Translations under genes and position numbers: made by a program
The notes under the pieces: generated by a model
Databases searched by the model: none
What the model saw: the letters and a program-made list of their open reading frames with translations, nothing else
What the model was told of the DNA's origin: nothing
Assembly (NCBI GenBank): GCA_964494265.1
Contig: CAZBSL010000004.1
Location: 3,538-36,600, forward strand
Origin: an uncultured Bacteroidales bacterium
GTDB taxonomy: Bacteria; Bacteroidota; Bacteroidia; Bacteroidales; JAEINX01
Length of the DNA: 33,063 bases
Reading direction: 5' to 3'
Part shown: piece after piece, positions 7,887-15,189 of the stretch
Layout: the number at the start of each line of letters is the position of its first letter
Numbering within the stretch: position 1 is the stretch's first letter

Positions 7887-10265
7887 TTATTCATATTTTA
7901 ATGTATCAACAGGATTGATTCTTATTGCCTTTATGGTTTGAAAACTTATAGTAAACAAAGTTAGTAATAATGAAATCACAAAAGCAATTATAAAAACATA
8001 CCATGGAAAGCTAATTCTAAAAGCAAACTGAGCAAGCCATTTTTCAATAAAATACCACGAAATCGGCCAGGCTACTAAATTTGAAATAATAATTAATTTG
8101 AGAAATTCATTTGAAATTTGAGAAAACAAATTATTATATGTTGCACCTAACACTTTTCTGATTCCAATTTCTGGTGTCTTCTGAACTACAACATAAGAAA
8201 TTAAGCCAAACAATCCGAGGCAGGCAAGAATAATTGCAATAAGCGAGAAAAACCTGATGATTTGCGACATTTGTTTATCCTTATTATATAAACCTTCAAG
8301 ATAATTATCTAAAATTTCATAGTTAAAAAATTGTTCGGGAAATAATTCATTCCAAACGCTTTCGATATGTTGAATCGATTGCTGCATGTTTTGTGGATTT
8401 ACTTTTGCATATGCCATGCCAAAAAATCTTGGATAATAAAAGAAAACGACCGGCTCCATAGTTTCGTGAAACGACTCAGAATGAAAATCTTCGACCACAC
8501 CAACAATTCTACCATAATTAATTCTAACTCCTACAGCATCCAAATTTGTTTCAAAACCAAGCATTCTGCAAAGGGTTTCGTTTACAACAATTTTTCGAAG
8601 CGAGTCGGCAGTCCTGTCTAAAATATCCCATTCACCCGCTACCATTTTCATTTTAAAAGTTTTCAAATAATCTTCATCACAAGTTTTTAAATCACAGTCA
8701 ATTGAGTTTTCTCTACCCATTTCTCTTGTATAAAGCCCCGAAGTAAACCTTTCATCCTCACCTGCCATTGGGCTTGAAATACCTTGTGTGAAACTTAAAA
8801 TGCTCGGATTTTCGAGTAATTTGCTTTTTAATACATCTGCTTTCTCCTGATCAGGAACCGAAAATTTTATTATTGAATCGCTTTCAAAACCAAGGTCTTT
8901 ATTCTGAATAAAACTCATTTGAAGGCTGATTATTATTGTTCCAATTATTAATATCTGACTAACAACAAATTGGATAACAATTAAGGAATTTCGCAAATAT
9001 TTTACCGAGCGTTTGTGTGATCCGATTTTATTTTTAATTGCTTCCAATGGTTTGTATGAAGATAAAACAAATGCAGGGTATAAACCTGTTGACAAACCTG
9101 TTATAAACATCAAAATTAAAACAAACAAAATATTATCGGAATTTGAGTAAAGATTGAATTGAACATTGTTTCCAAGATAACGATTTAAGAGTGGCGTACT
9201 TATCTCAGCAAGAATAATCGCAATAATAACAGCTATGAAAGTGATTAAATAAGCCTCAATTAAAAACCTTCTAATAAGGAGTGATCTCTGTGCACCAATA
9301 ATTTTTCTTATTCCTACTTCTTTTGACTTTTTTATTGATTGGGCAATCGAAAGGTTTATAAAATTAATATTTGCAATTATTAAAATAAAAAAACCAACCA
9401 GGGCGAAAACCCAAATTATTTTTCTACTGCTTGTGTAAACACGGCCATAATATTGAGTATCGTAATGAATATCAGATAATGATTGCAAATGATATGAATA
9501 AACATCATTCTCGTCAGGTTCTAAATGGGTTCTTACTTTTTCTGTTATTTTATTTTCAAGATTAGAAATATTATAAGAATCTTTCAGGAGTAAATAAACA
9601 TAAAAATCGGATAAAATAATCGACCACCTGTCATAATTTATTCCAAGAAACTCTTCGTTTAAAGCCTCAAGATTAATAATCATTGAATATGGTAAATGAG
9701 TGTTTGGTGGAGCATCCTCAACAATTCCACTGACTTTTAAATCCACTCCGTTTTCGAGGGTAATTATTTTACCAATTGGAGAAGTATCGTTAAAAAGCTT
9801 GTTAGCAAGGCCTTGTGTTAAAACTACCGAATGTTTATCATTTAATGCATTTTCTTTATTTCCTTCTACCCAATCGTAATCAAAAACCTTAAAAATTTCA
9901 GGTTCGGCAAACAACAAATTTTCCTCCTGATATGATTCATCCTCAACTTTTATTATACTTTTTTCAGCATTTTGAGTTCTTACAACAGTTTCTATTTCAG
10001 GAAATGACATTCTGATGAATTCTCCGAGAGGGAATTCAGTTTCGCCGTTATATTCTTCTCCGTCATTTGCAAGAGTATGTTTTACAACCCTGTAAATATT
10101 ATTTTTTTTGGAATGATAACTATCAAAACTTAATTCATACGAAATATATACAAAAATTAGAATACAAGATGCCAATCCGACTGATAATCCGAAAATATTT
10201 ATCAATGAAGAAACTTTGTTTTTTAAAAAGAATCTATAGGATGATATTAAAAGATTTTTAAGCAT
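7887..10265 (-). CDS. FtsX/MacB-type ABC transporter permease, paralog (792 aa)
   Basis: Same architecture as the downstream gene (KSKEVGIRKIIGA; KTPEIGIRKVLGA). Its stop lies 3 nt before the downstream gene's start, so the two are probably co-transcribed. Confidence 0.9.
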   Translation of the reverse strand: MLKNLLISSYRFFLKNKVSSLINIFGLSVGLASCILIFVYISYELSFDSYHSKKNNIYRVVKHTLANDGEEYNGETEFPLGEFIRMSFPEIETVVRTQNAEKSIIKVEDESYQEENLLFAEPEIFKVFDYDWVEGNKENALNDKHSVVLTQGLANKLFNDTSPIGKIITLENGVDLKVSGIVEDAPPNTHLPYSMIINLEALNEEFLGINYDRWSIILSDFYVYLLLKDSYNISNLENKITEKVRTHLEPDENDVYSYHLQSLSDIHYDTQYYGRVYTSSRKIIWVFALVGFFILIIANINFINLSIAQSIKKSKEVGIRKIIGAQRSLLIRRFLIEAYLITFIAVIIAIILAEISTPLLNRYLGNNVQFNLYSNSDNILFVLILMFITGLSTGLYPAFVLSSYKPLEAIKNKIGSHKRSVKYLRNSLIVIQFVVSQILIIGTIIISLQMSFIQNKDLGFESDSIIKFSVPDQEKADVLKSKLLENPSILSFTQGISSPMAGEDERFTSGLYTREMGRENSIDCDLKTCDEDYLKTFKMKMVAGEWDILDRTADSLRKIVVNETLCRMLGFETNLDAVGVRINYGRIVGVVEDFHSESFHETMEPVVFFYYPRFFGMAYAKVNPQNMQQSIQHIESVWNELFPEQFFNYEILDNYLEGLYNKDKQMSQIIRFFSLIAIILACLGLFGLISYVVVQKTPEIGIRKVLGATYNNLFSQISNEFLKLIIISNLVAWPISWYFIEKWLAQFAFRISFPWYVFIIAFVISLLLTLFTISFQTIKAIRINPVDTLKYE

Positions 10266-10292
10266 AATTATATTTTTTAATTTTAAATAATT

Positions 10293-10307
10293 CCAAGAAA
10301 TGTACCA
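10293..10307 (-). promoter_or_regulatory. Candidate sigma-54 (-24/-12) promoter for the FtsX operon (weak match)
   Basis: The minus strand reads TGGTAC-N5-TTGG against the consensus TGGCAC-N5-TTGC. The GG and the spacing are correct, but the -12 GC is GG. The element ends 28 nt upstream of ATG 10265. The same bases also resemble a degenerate -7 box (TACATTTC), so the call is ambiguous. Confidence 0.3.
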
Positions 10308-10372
10308 TGTTTCTTAAGCTTCTTGTAATCTGATTTTAATAGTAATATTTTAATATAAATTAAGTTAGTAAT

Positions 10373-10413
10373 TGTTTCACTTCGGAACAATATTAATGTT
10401 TCATAACGAAACA
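10373..10413. promoter_or_regulatory. Two 17-bp inverted-repeat sites TGTTYC-N5-GRAACA, candidate activator binding sites (UAS)
   Basis: Site 1 is 10373..10389 (TGTTTCACTTCGGAACA). Site 2 is 10397..10413 (TGTTTCATAACGAAACA, with perfect 6-bp arms). Their centres are 24 bp apart and lie about 80 and 105 bp upstream of the candidate -24/-12 element. Site 2 abuts the regulator's own -7 box. Confidence 0.45.
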
Positions 10414-10419
10414 TTTTTT

Positions 10420-10427
10420 TATATTTG
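10420..10427 (+). promoter_or_regulatory. Bacteroidota-type -7 promoter box for the two-component operon
   Basis: TATATTTG matches TAnnTTTG and ends 19 nt before ATG 10447. Confidence 0.5.
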
Positions 10428-10446
10428 AAAAAATTCTGAAAATGAT

Positions 10447-11820
10447 ATGAATCAAAAACGAAAAGATAAAATTTTAATAATTGATGATGATAAAGATATA
10501 CTTTTAACATCCAAAGTAGTACTTAAACATTTATTTGATTTTATTAGAACCGAAAGTGATCCTTTCAAGCTTCAACAAATTTTAAGGGAAGATGATTATG
10601 ATGTGATTCTCTTGGATATGAATTTCTCGACCGGTGCAACAAGCGGAAAAGAAGGAATTTATTGGTTGAAAAAAATCATAGATATTAATCCTAATAGTAA
10701 TGTTATTATGATTACTGCTTATGCCGATTTAAACCGTGCTGTTGAAGCCATGAAAATCGGGGCGATAGATTTTGTAATAAAGCCCTGGGATAACGAAAAA
10801 TTAATTGCAACTCTAAATGCTGCATTAAGGCTGAGCAAATCGAAACAAGAGATAAGGGAGCTAAAATCGAAACAAAGAACCCTAAAAGAGGAAATTAATA
10901 AATCGGATTCGGAAATGATTGGCGAATCCCAGGCTATAAAATCGGTTTTTGAGTCGATAAAAAAAATCTCACAAACTAATGCCAATGTTTTGATTCTGGG
11001 TGAGAACGGTACAGGTAAAGAATTGGTAGCAAGGGCAATTCACAAAAATTCTTTACGCTCCGATCAGATTTTCGTTAATGTTGATCTTGGTGCTATTTCC
11101 GAGAGTCTTTTTGAGTCGGAGCTTTTCGGCCATAAAAAAGGTTCATTTACTGATGCTTCCAATGATAGGGCCGGAAGATTTGAAATTGCCTCCGGTGGAT
11201 CAATTTTTTTAGACGAAATCGGGAATCTTAGTTTCCCTTTACAAGCAAAATTACTTTCAGTACTCGAAAACCGAAAAATAATCAGATTAGGCGATAATAA
11301 AGAAATTCCGATTGACATTAGATTAATTTCGGCAACAAATATGCCTCTACATAATATGATCGAAGAAAATTCCTTCCGACAGGATTTGCTCTACAGAATT
11401 AATACCGTTGAGATAACATTGCCGCCTCTTCGCGAACGAAAGGAAGATATTCCGCTTTTAGTTGAATTATTTGTTAATAAATATTCCGAAAAATATCAAA
11501 AAAAAGGAATTAAAATATCAAAAGATGCAACCAGGAAATTAATCAGGTATAAATGGCCTGGAAACATCAGAGAGCTTAAACATTTGATAGAGCGTGCAAT
11601 TATTATGTGTGATGGAAATAAAATTTCAAGTTCCGATTTCCTCATAAATAGTGATAAAAACGAAAACTCTATTAAATCAAACCTGAATATTGAAGAACTT
11701 GAAAAAAATGCCATTAAAACCGCATTAAAAAAACATAATGGAAATTTAAGTAAAGCGGCTAAAGAACTTGGTTTGGGAAGAACTACACTTTATCGTAAAA
11801 TGAGCAAATATGATCTTTAA
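10447..11820 (+). CDS. Sigma-54-dependent response regulator (NtrC/NtrX-type enhancer-binding protein)
   Basis: It has a receiver domain (ILIIDDD..DVILLDMNF..KPW). The AAA+ domain carries Walker A GENGTGKE, ESELFGH and Walker B IFLDEIG, with GSFTDA in the position of the GAFTGA loop. The C-terminus is a Fis-type HTH (LSKAAKELGLGRTTLYRKM). Confidence 0.9.
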   Translation: MNQKRKDKILIIDDDKDILLTSKVVLKHLFDFIRTESDPFKLQQILREDDYDVILLDMNFSTGATSGKEGIYWLKKIIDINPNSNVIMITAYADLNRAVEAMKIGAIDFVIKPWDNEKLIATLNAALRLSKSKQEIRELKSKQRTLKEEINKSDSEMIGESQAIKSVFESIKKISQTNANVLILGENGTGKELVARAIHKNSLRSDQIFVNVDLGAISESLFESELFGHKKGSFTDASNDRAGRFEIASGGSIFLDEIGNLSFPLQAKLLSVLENRKIIRLGDNKEIPIDIRLISATNMPLHNMIEENSFRQDLLYRINTVEITLPPLRERKEDIPLLVELFVNKYSEKYQKKGIKISKDATRKLIRYKWPGNIRELKHLIERAIIMCDGNKISSSDFLINSDKNENSIKSNLNIEELEKNAIKTALKKHNGNLSKAAKELGLGRTTLYRKMSKYDL

Positions 11821-13165
11821 AAGTTTTAGAATCAGAGTTGTTTTGCGAATCATTTTTTTGGCAATATTAATGTTTGCTTTTCTTTTTGCAATACGTCAGG
11901 ATAAATGGTATGTAACGAGTAGTGTTTTAATAATTTTAGTAATTGTTTTTCTTTTTGAACTTCTGTATTTTGTAGAAACCACGCGTAGGGAACTCGGAAA
12001 ATTTTTACTCTCAATTAAATATAAAGACTTTACAAATCGTTGGCCCGATCCAAAAAAACATAAAGCTCCATCTAAGGATATCAGGCAGGCATTCAACGAA
12101 ATTATTGTAGAATTTCAAAATGTCAGAATCCAAAAAGAATTACAATATCAATATTTACAATCTGTTTTTGAACATACCAAAACAGCAATCTTATCATATG
12201 AACTTGATGGTAATATTCATTTGATAAATGCTTCAGCCCAACAACTACTCAAGCTCAACAAAAGAAGCAAACTTTCTGATATTGAAACATTAGACGCAGA
12301 GTTATATAATTCTATTCTCAAAATTAAACCTGATTCTGAAGAACTTGTAAAAATCAGGATTGATAAAAACCTATTACAATTAAGTCTTCAATGTTCGGTA
12401 TTTAAACTTCAGGACAAGGTTTATAAAATGGTTTCGCTTCACGATATAAAAAACGCACTTGATGAACAGGAATTAGATTCGTGGAAAAAACTCATTAGGG
12501 TTTTGAACCATGAAATTATGAATTCGGTTACACCGATTTCGTCATTAAGCACAGCTTTAAATTCAATGTTGGTAGATGATCAAGGTAAGAAAATTGATTT
12601 TTGTGAATTAAATCCCGATGACGAGAGCGATATTTTTGAAAGCCTGAAAACTATTGAAAACAGAAGTAAAGGCTTATTAAAATTTGTTACTGCCTACAAG
12701 CAACTTACCCGATTACCTGAACCTAAATTCACAAAAGTAGAAATCAAGGGACTTCTTAAACATATTTCAACTTTAATGAAACCGGAACTTGAAAAACAAA
12801 ACATAACTTTAATTATTGGCAACATAAACGATTCATTAACAGTAAATATTGACCATGAAATGATAGAACAGGTTCTTATTAATTTGTTACTGAATTCTAT
12901 TGATGCTTTAGAAAACACAAGCTCCAAAATTATTAACATTGAACTATTTACAGAAAATAAAACCACAACAATTGAAGTCTCAGATAACGGAAGCGGAATC
13001 GAAAATGAAGTTTTGGATAATATTTTTGTTCCTTTTTTTACGACAAAGAAAAACGGCTCGGGAATTGGTTTGAGCCTTTCACGACAAATTATGAGACTTC
13101 ATAAAGGAAGTATTTCGCTTGTTTCAAAACTTGGAGAGGGAACGACTTTTATTTTGAGGTTTTAA
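11810..13165 (+). CDS. Sensor histidine kinase: two TM helices with a very short outer loop, PAS-like segment, HisKA and HATPase_c
   Basis: It overlaps the regulator gene by 11 nt. The N-terminus has two hydrophobic helices separated by only about RQDKWY. It carries an H-box (LNHEIMNSVTPI), an N-box (LINLLLNSIDAL) and G-boxes (DNGSGI, GSGIGLSL). Confidence 0.9.
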   Translation: MIFKSFRIRVVLRIIFLAILMFAFLFAIRQDKWYVTSSVLIILVIVFLFELLYFVETTRRELGKFLLSIKYKDFTNRWPDPKKHKAPSKDIRQAFNEIIVEFQNVRIQKELQYQYLQSVFEHTKTAILSYELDGNIHLINASAQQLLKLNKRSKLSDIETLDAELYNSILKIKPDSEELVKIRIDKNLLQLSLQCSVFKLQDKVYKMVSLHDIKNALDEQELDSWKKLIRVLNHEIMNSVTPISSLSTALNSMLVDDQGKKIDFCELNPDDESDIFESLKTIENRSKGLLKFVTAYKQLTRLPEPKFTKVEIKGLLKHISTLMKPELEKQNITLIIGNINDSLTVNIDHEMIEQVLINLLLNSIDALENTSSKIINIELFTENKTTTIEVSDNGSGIENEVLDNIFVPFFTTKKNGSGIGLSLSRQIMRLHKGSISLVSKLGEGTTFILRF

Positions 13166-13229
13166 TAAATGGGTTTCCTAACTTCAATATTTAAAATTAA
13201 ACACAACAATATCAATTTAGTTCGAAAAT

Positions 13230-13382
13230 CCCCGCTACCGCACGATTGTATCGTGTGGTTTTTATGCTTAATTCAATTAAGCTTGTTTTTATTTCAACAA
13301 TGAATACCGAACAAGGAATAATGAATTTTTTCAGCATTCATCATTCCTTGTTCAATATTCGATATTATTTCAAAATAAATTC
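13230..13382 (+). repeat. Dispersed composite element, copy A (short terminator-like hairpin, spacer, long imperfect hairpin, tail)
   Basis: CCCCGCTACCGCACGATTGTATCGTGTGGTTTTT is identical to 23824..23857. The long hairpin 13302..13360 and the tail ATTTCAAAATAAATTC are shared with copy B. The element lies between the convergent genes ending at 13165 and 13396. Confidence 0.85.
13237..13263 (+). terminator. Rho-independent terminator after the histidine kinase gene (part of element copy A)
   Basis: A 10-bp stem ACCGCACGAT/ATCGTGTGGT (one G.U on the + strand) closes a 3-nt loop and is followed by T5. Confidence 0.7.
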
Positions 13383-13395
13383 AAACCTTGAAATA

Positions 13396-14355
13396 TCAAA
13401 CTATCAAAATTTCAATCTCTCCCGCCACCTCAGTATTTTTATTTGTTAATAAAATATAATCATTATCCGCATCACCGAGTTCGCTTGCAAGGCACGACTT
13501 TTCGCTGTCGGCCTCAATGACTATTGCATTTTCGGGACAAGATGCATCGGGTGTGGCAGCCGAAAAAGCATATAATGTAACATCACCAAAATTATTAAAC
13601 CTGAAAACATCATTTTCATCAAACTCAATTCCTGCATCGCTTGTTGAATTAGGTTCAATGCTTATTACATGAGGTTCGGGGCTTGATTTCCCCTCATGCG
13701 TGCGAATGTTTTCCAATTCATAAAATCCTTCTATCGTTTCGGGATTTTGATAATATAAATTCATAAGGTATCCGAGGTTTGCATACATAATTTCTCCTGC
13801 TGCAATCCGTGCCTTATCCAATTCTCCCGAAGTCGAAGCCGTAAGCTGCTCTTTTTGCTGTTGAACATCACGTGCAGCCAATAGCTCCTTATAAAAAGCA
13901 TCAACCTCAGCCTGTGCGCTTGTAAGCAATTCGTAATTTACAAGTGTTTCGGCAAGTGCTCCAACTTTAGCAATTCGTGTTTCGTAATTACCTTGCCTGA
14001 AGGTTGAGCGGCCATCGGGGAAAATAATTTTAAAATCAGCTGATCTTTCAGGATATTCAATTCTTACCATTGCCTCCCAACGTGGTATCTTTTCAGTATT
14101 TAATTCATTCATTAAATTACCAAACCGCAAAGTTTCACCCTCACGAATACCTTTAGCCGATTTCCATGAATTAAATTTTGCCGAAAGTTCATTTTTTACA
14201 TTTGTCGTTCGTTCAATTATTGCCTGGATATCTGCATCCGATTCTTTTGCCTTTAGCTTTGATTCATGATCAGTAATCAGGCTAAGCATTTTAACATAAC
14301 TGTCTCTTGTAACGTTTAAAAAAACATTAACTAAATAATACCATGTTCGTTTCAT
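13396..14355 (-). CDS. Hypothetical protein, 319 aa, no recognisable family
   Basis: A long ORF with even, coding-like composition and no signal peptide or TM helix. The N-terminal ~230 aa look helical and charged, and the C-terminal ~90 aa look beta-rich and acidic. I recognise no catalytic or binding motif. Confidence 0.7.
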   Translation of the reverse strand: MKRTWYYLVNVFLNVTRDSYVKMLSLITDHESKLKAKESDADIQAIIERTTNVKNELSAKFNSWKSAKGIREGETLRFGNLMNELNTEKIPRWEAMVRIEYPERSADFKIIFPDGRSTFRQGNYETRIAKVGALAETLVNYELLTSAQAEVDAFYKELLAARDVQQQKEQLTASTSGELDKARIAAGEIMYANLGYLMNLYYQNPETIEGFYELENIRTHEGKSSPEPHVISIEPNSTSDAGIEFDENDVFRFNNFGDVTLYAFSAATPDASCPENAIVIEADSEKSCLASELGDADNDYILLTNKNTEVAGEIEILIV

Positions 14356-14497
14356 TTTTAAAAAGTTTTAATTAATAAATAGTTTTATAATTAGTGCTTA
14401 ATACCATTTTATCAAATATGTTTGCTTAATTGAAAGCATTTGCTATTATTAAAATACTTATTCTGCACCTGCAGATAAGCTTTTTTGAAACATAAAA

Positions 14498-14749
14498 TCG
14501 CAACACGCAGCAGCATGTTGCTTCTCCACATATCTGGAAGCACAACACGAAGCAGGATGTTGCTTCTCCACACATCTGAAAGCCTAACACTAAGCAGCGT
14601 GTTGCCTTTCCACATATCTAAAATCCAAACACGAAACAGCGTATTGCTATTCCATACATCTAAAAGCCCAACACTATGCAGTATGTTACCTCTACACACA
14701 TCTAAAAGCACAACACGCAGCAGCAGATAGCCTTTATCAAAAAGAAAAA
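14498..14749. repeat. Tandem array of ~5.5 phase-exact 42-bp units, each with a small internal inverted repeat
   Basis: Units start at 14498, 14540, 14582, 14624, 14666 and 14708 (the last is partial). The consensus is roughly GCNCAACACGNAGCAGNNTGTTGCNTCTCCACACATCTNAAA. In unit 1, GCAACA..TGTTGC can pair. Both strands are open here (ORFs 14485..14730 + and 14412..14765 -). Confidence 0.9.
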
Positions 14750-15019
14750 TACCCTTTAACAGCATCTTACAATCAGTTTTTAGCTTAAGATAATTTCTTT
14801 ATTATGTTCAATTATTTCTATCAAAAACAAAGAAACCCTTAATGTTTAAACAATTATTTCAGAAAAACTTTTTATCGATTTTTTGTTTTCGATTTTGTGT
14901 AGCAATATTACAAAAAAATAATTAATAAAACAAAATGCGGAAAAAAAATATAATTATTTTTAAATATTCCAATATACAATAAGATATGACTTGATAAATT
15001 ATAAAACTGAAGGGGGATG

Positions 15020-15094
15020 CACCTCTAACGCACGAATGTATAGTGCGAGTGGGTACTATTATTTCAATCTACTTTTTTTAACAAGGAATTTCGA
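15020..15094 (+). repeat. Dispersed composite element, copy D (degenerate and truncated)
   Basis: CACCTCTAACGCACGAATGTATAGTGCGAGTGG parallels CCCCGCTACCGCACGATTGTATCGTGTGG. TATTATTTCAATCTACTTTTTTTAA parallels TATTATCATTTCAATATACATTTTTTAA of copy C. CAAGGAATTTCGA matches the left arm of the long hairpin. The right arm is missing. Confidence 0.6.
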
Positions 15095-15155
15095 GCGATA
15101 GTTTTTGAATAGTTGTAAAATAAATTTATTCGATTGCAGGGATGGATGATTTTTA

Positions 15156-15163
15156 TAAATTTG
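15156..15163 (+). promoter_or_regulatory. Bacteroidota-type -7 promoter box for the membrane AraC gene
   Basis: TAAATTTG matches TAnnTTTG and ends 26 nt before ATG 15190. A TTG lies 19 nt upstream at 15134..15136. Confidence 0.45.
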
Positions 15164-15189
15164 CAATCTTTTATATTAATTAGCTTTTA

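Noticed and set aside
13246-13449. Small ORFs sharing MNTEQ(G/E)I..IHHSLFNIRY (13246..13449, 23757..24020, and a 38-codon frame from 23645) as a conserved small protein or leader peptide
   Set aside because: They are read-throughs of the palindromic dispersed element. Copy B differs from copy C by an indel that is not a multiple of three in the loop, so it loses the shared C-terminal frame. Conservation therefore follows the DNA/RNA hairpin, not a reading frame.
14498-14749. Possible CRISPR array, given regularly spaced 42-bp periodicity and small palindromes
   Set aside because: The units are directly adjacent with no unique spacers and diverge from one another throughout their length. No cas gene or leader-like region is nearby. 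This is a tandem repeat, not a repeat-spacer array.
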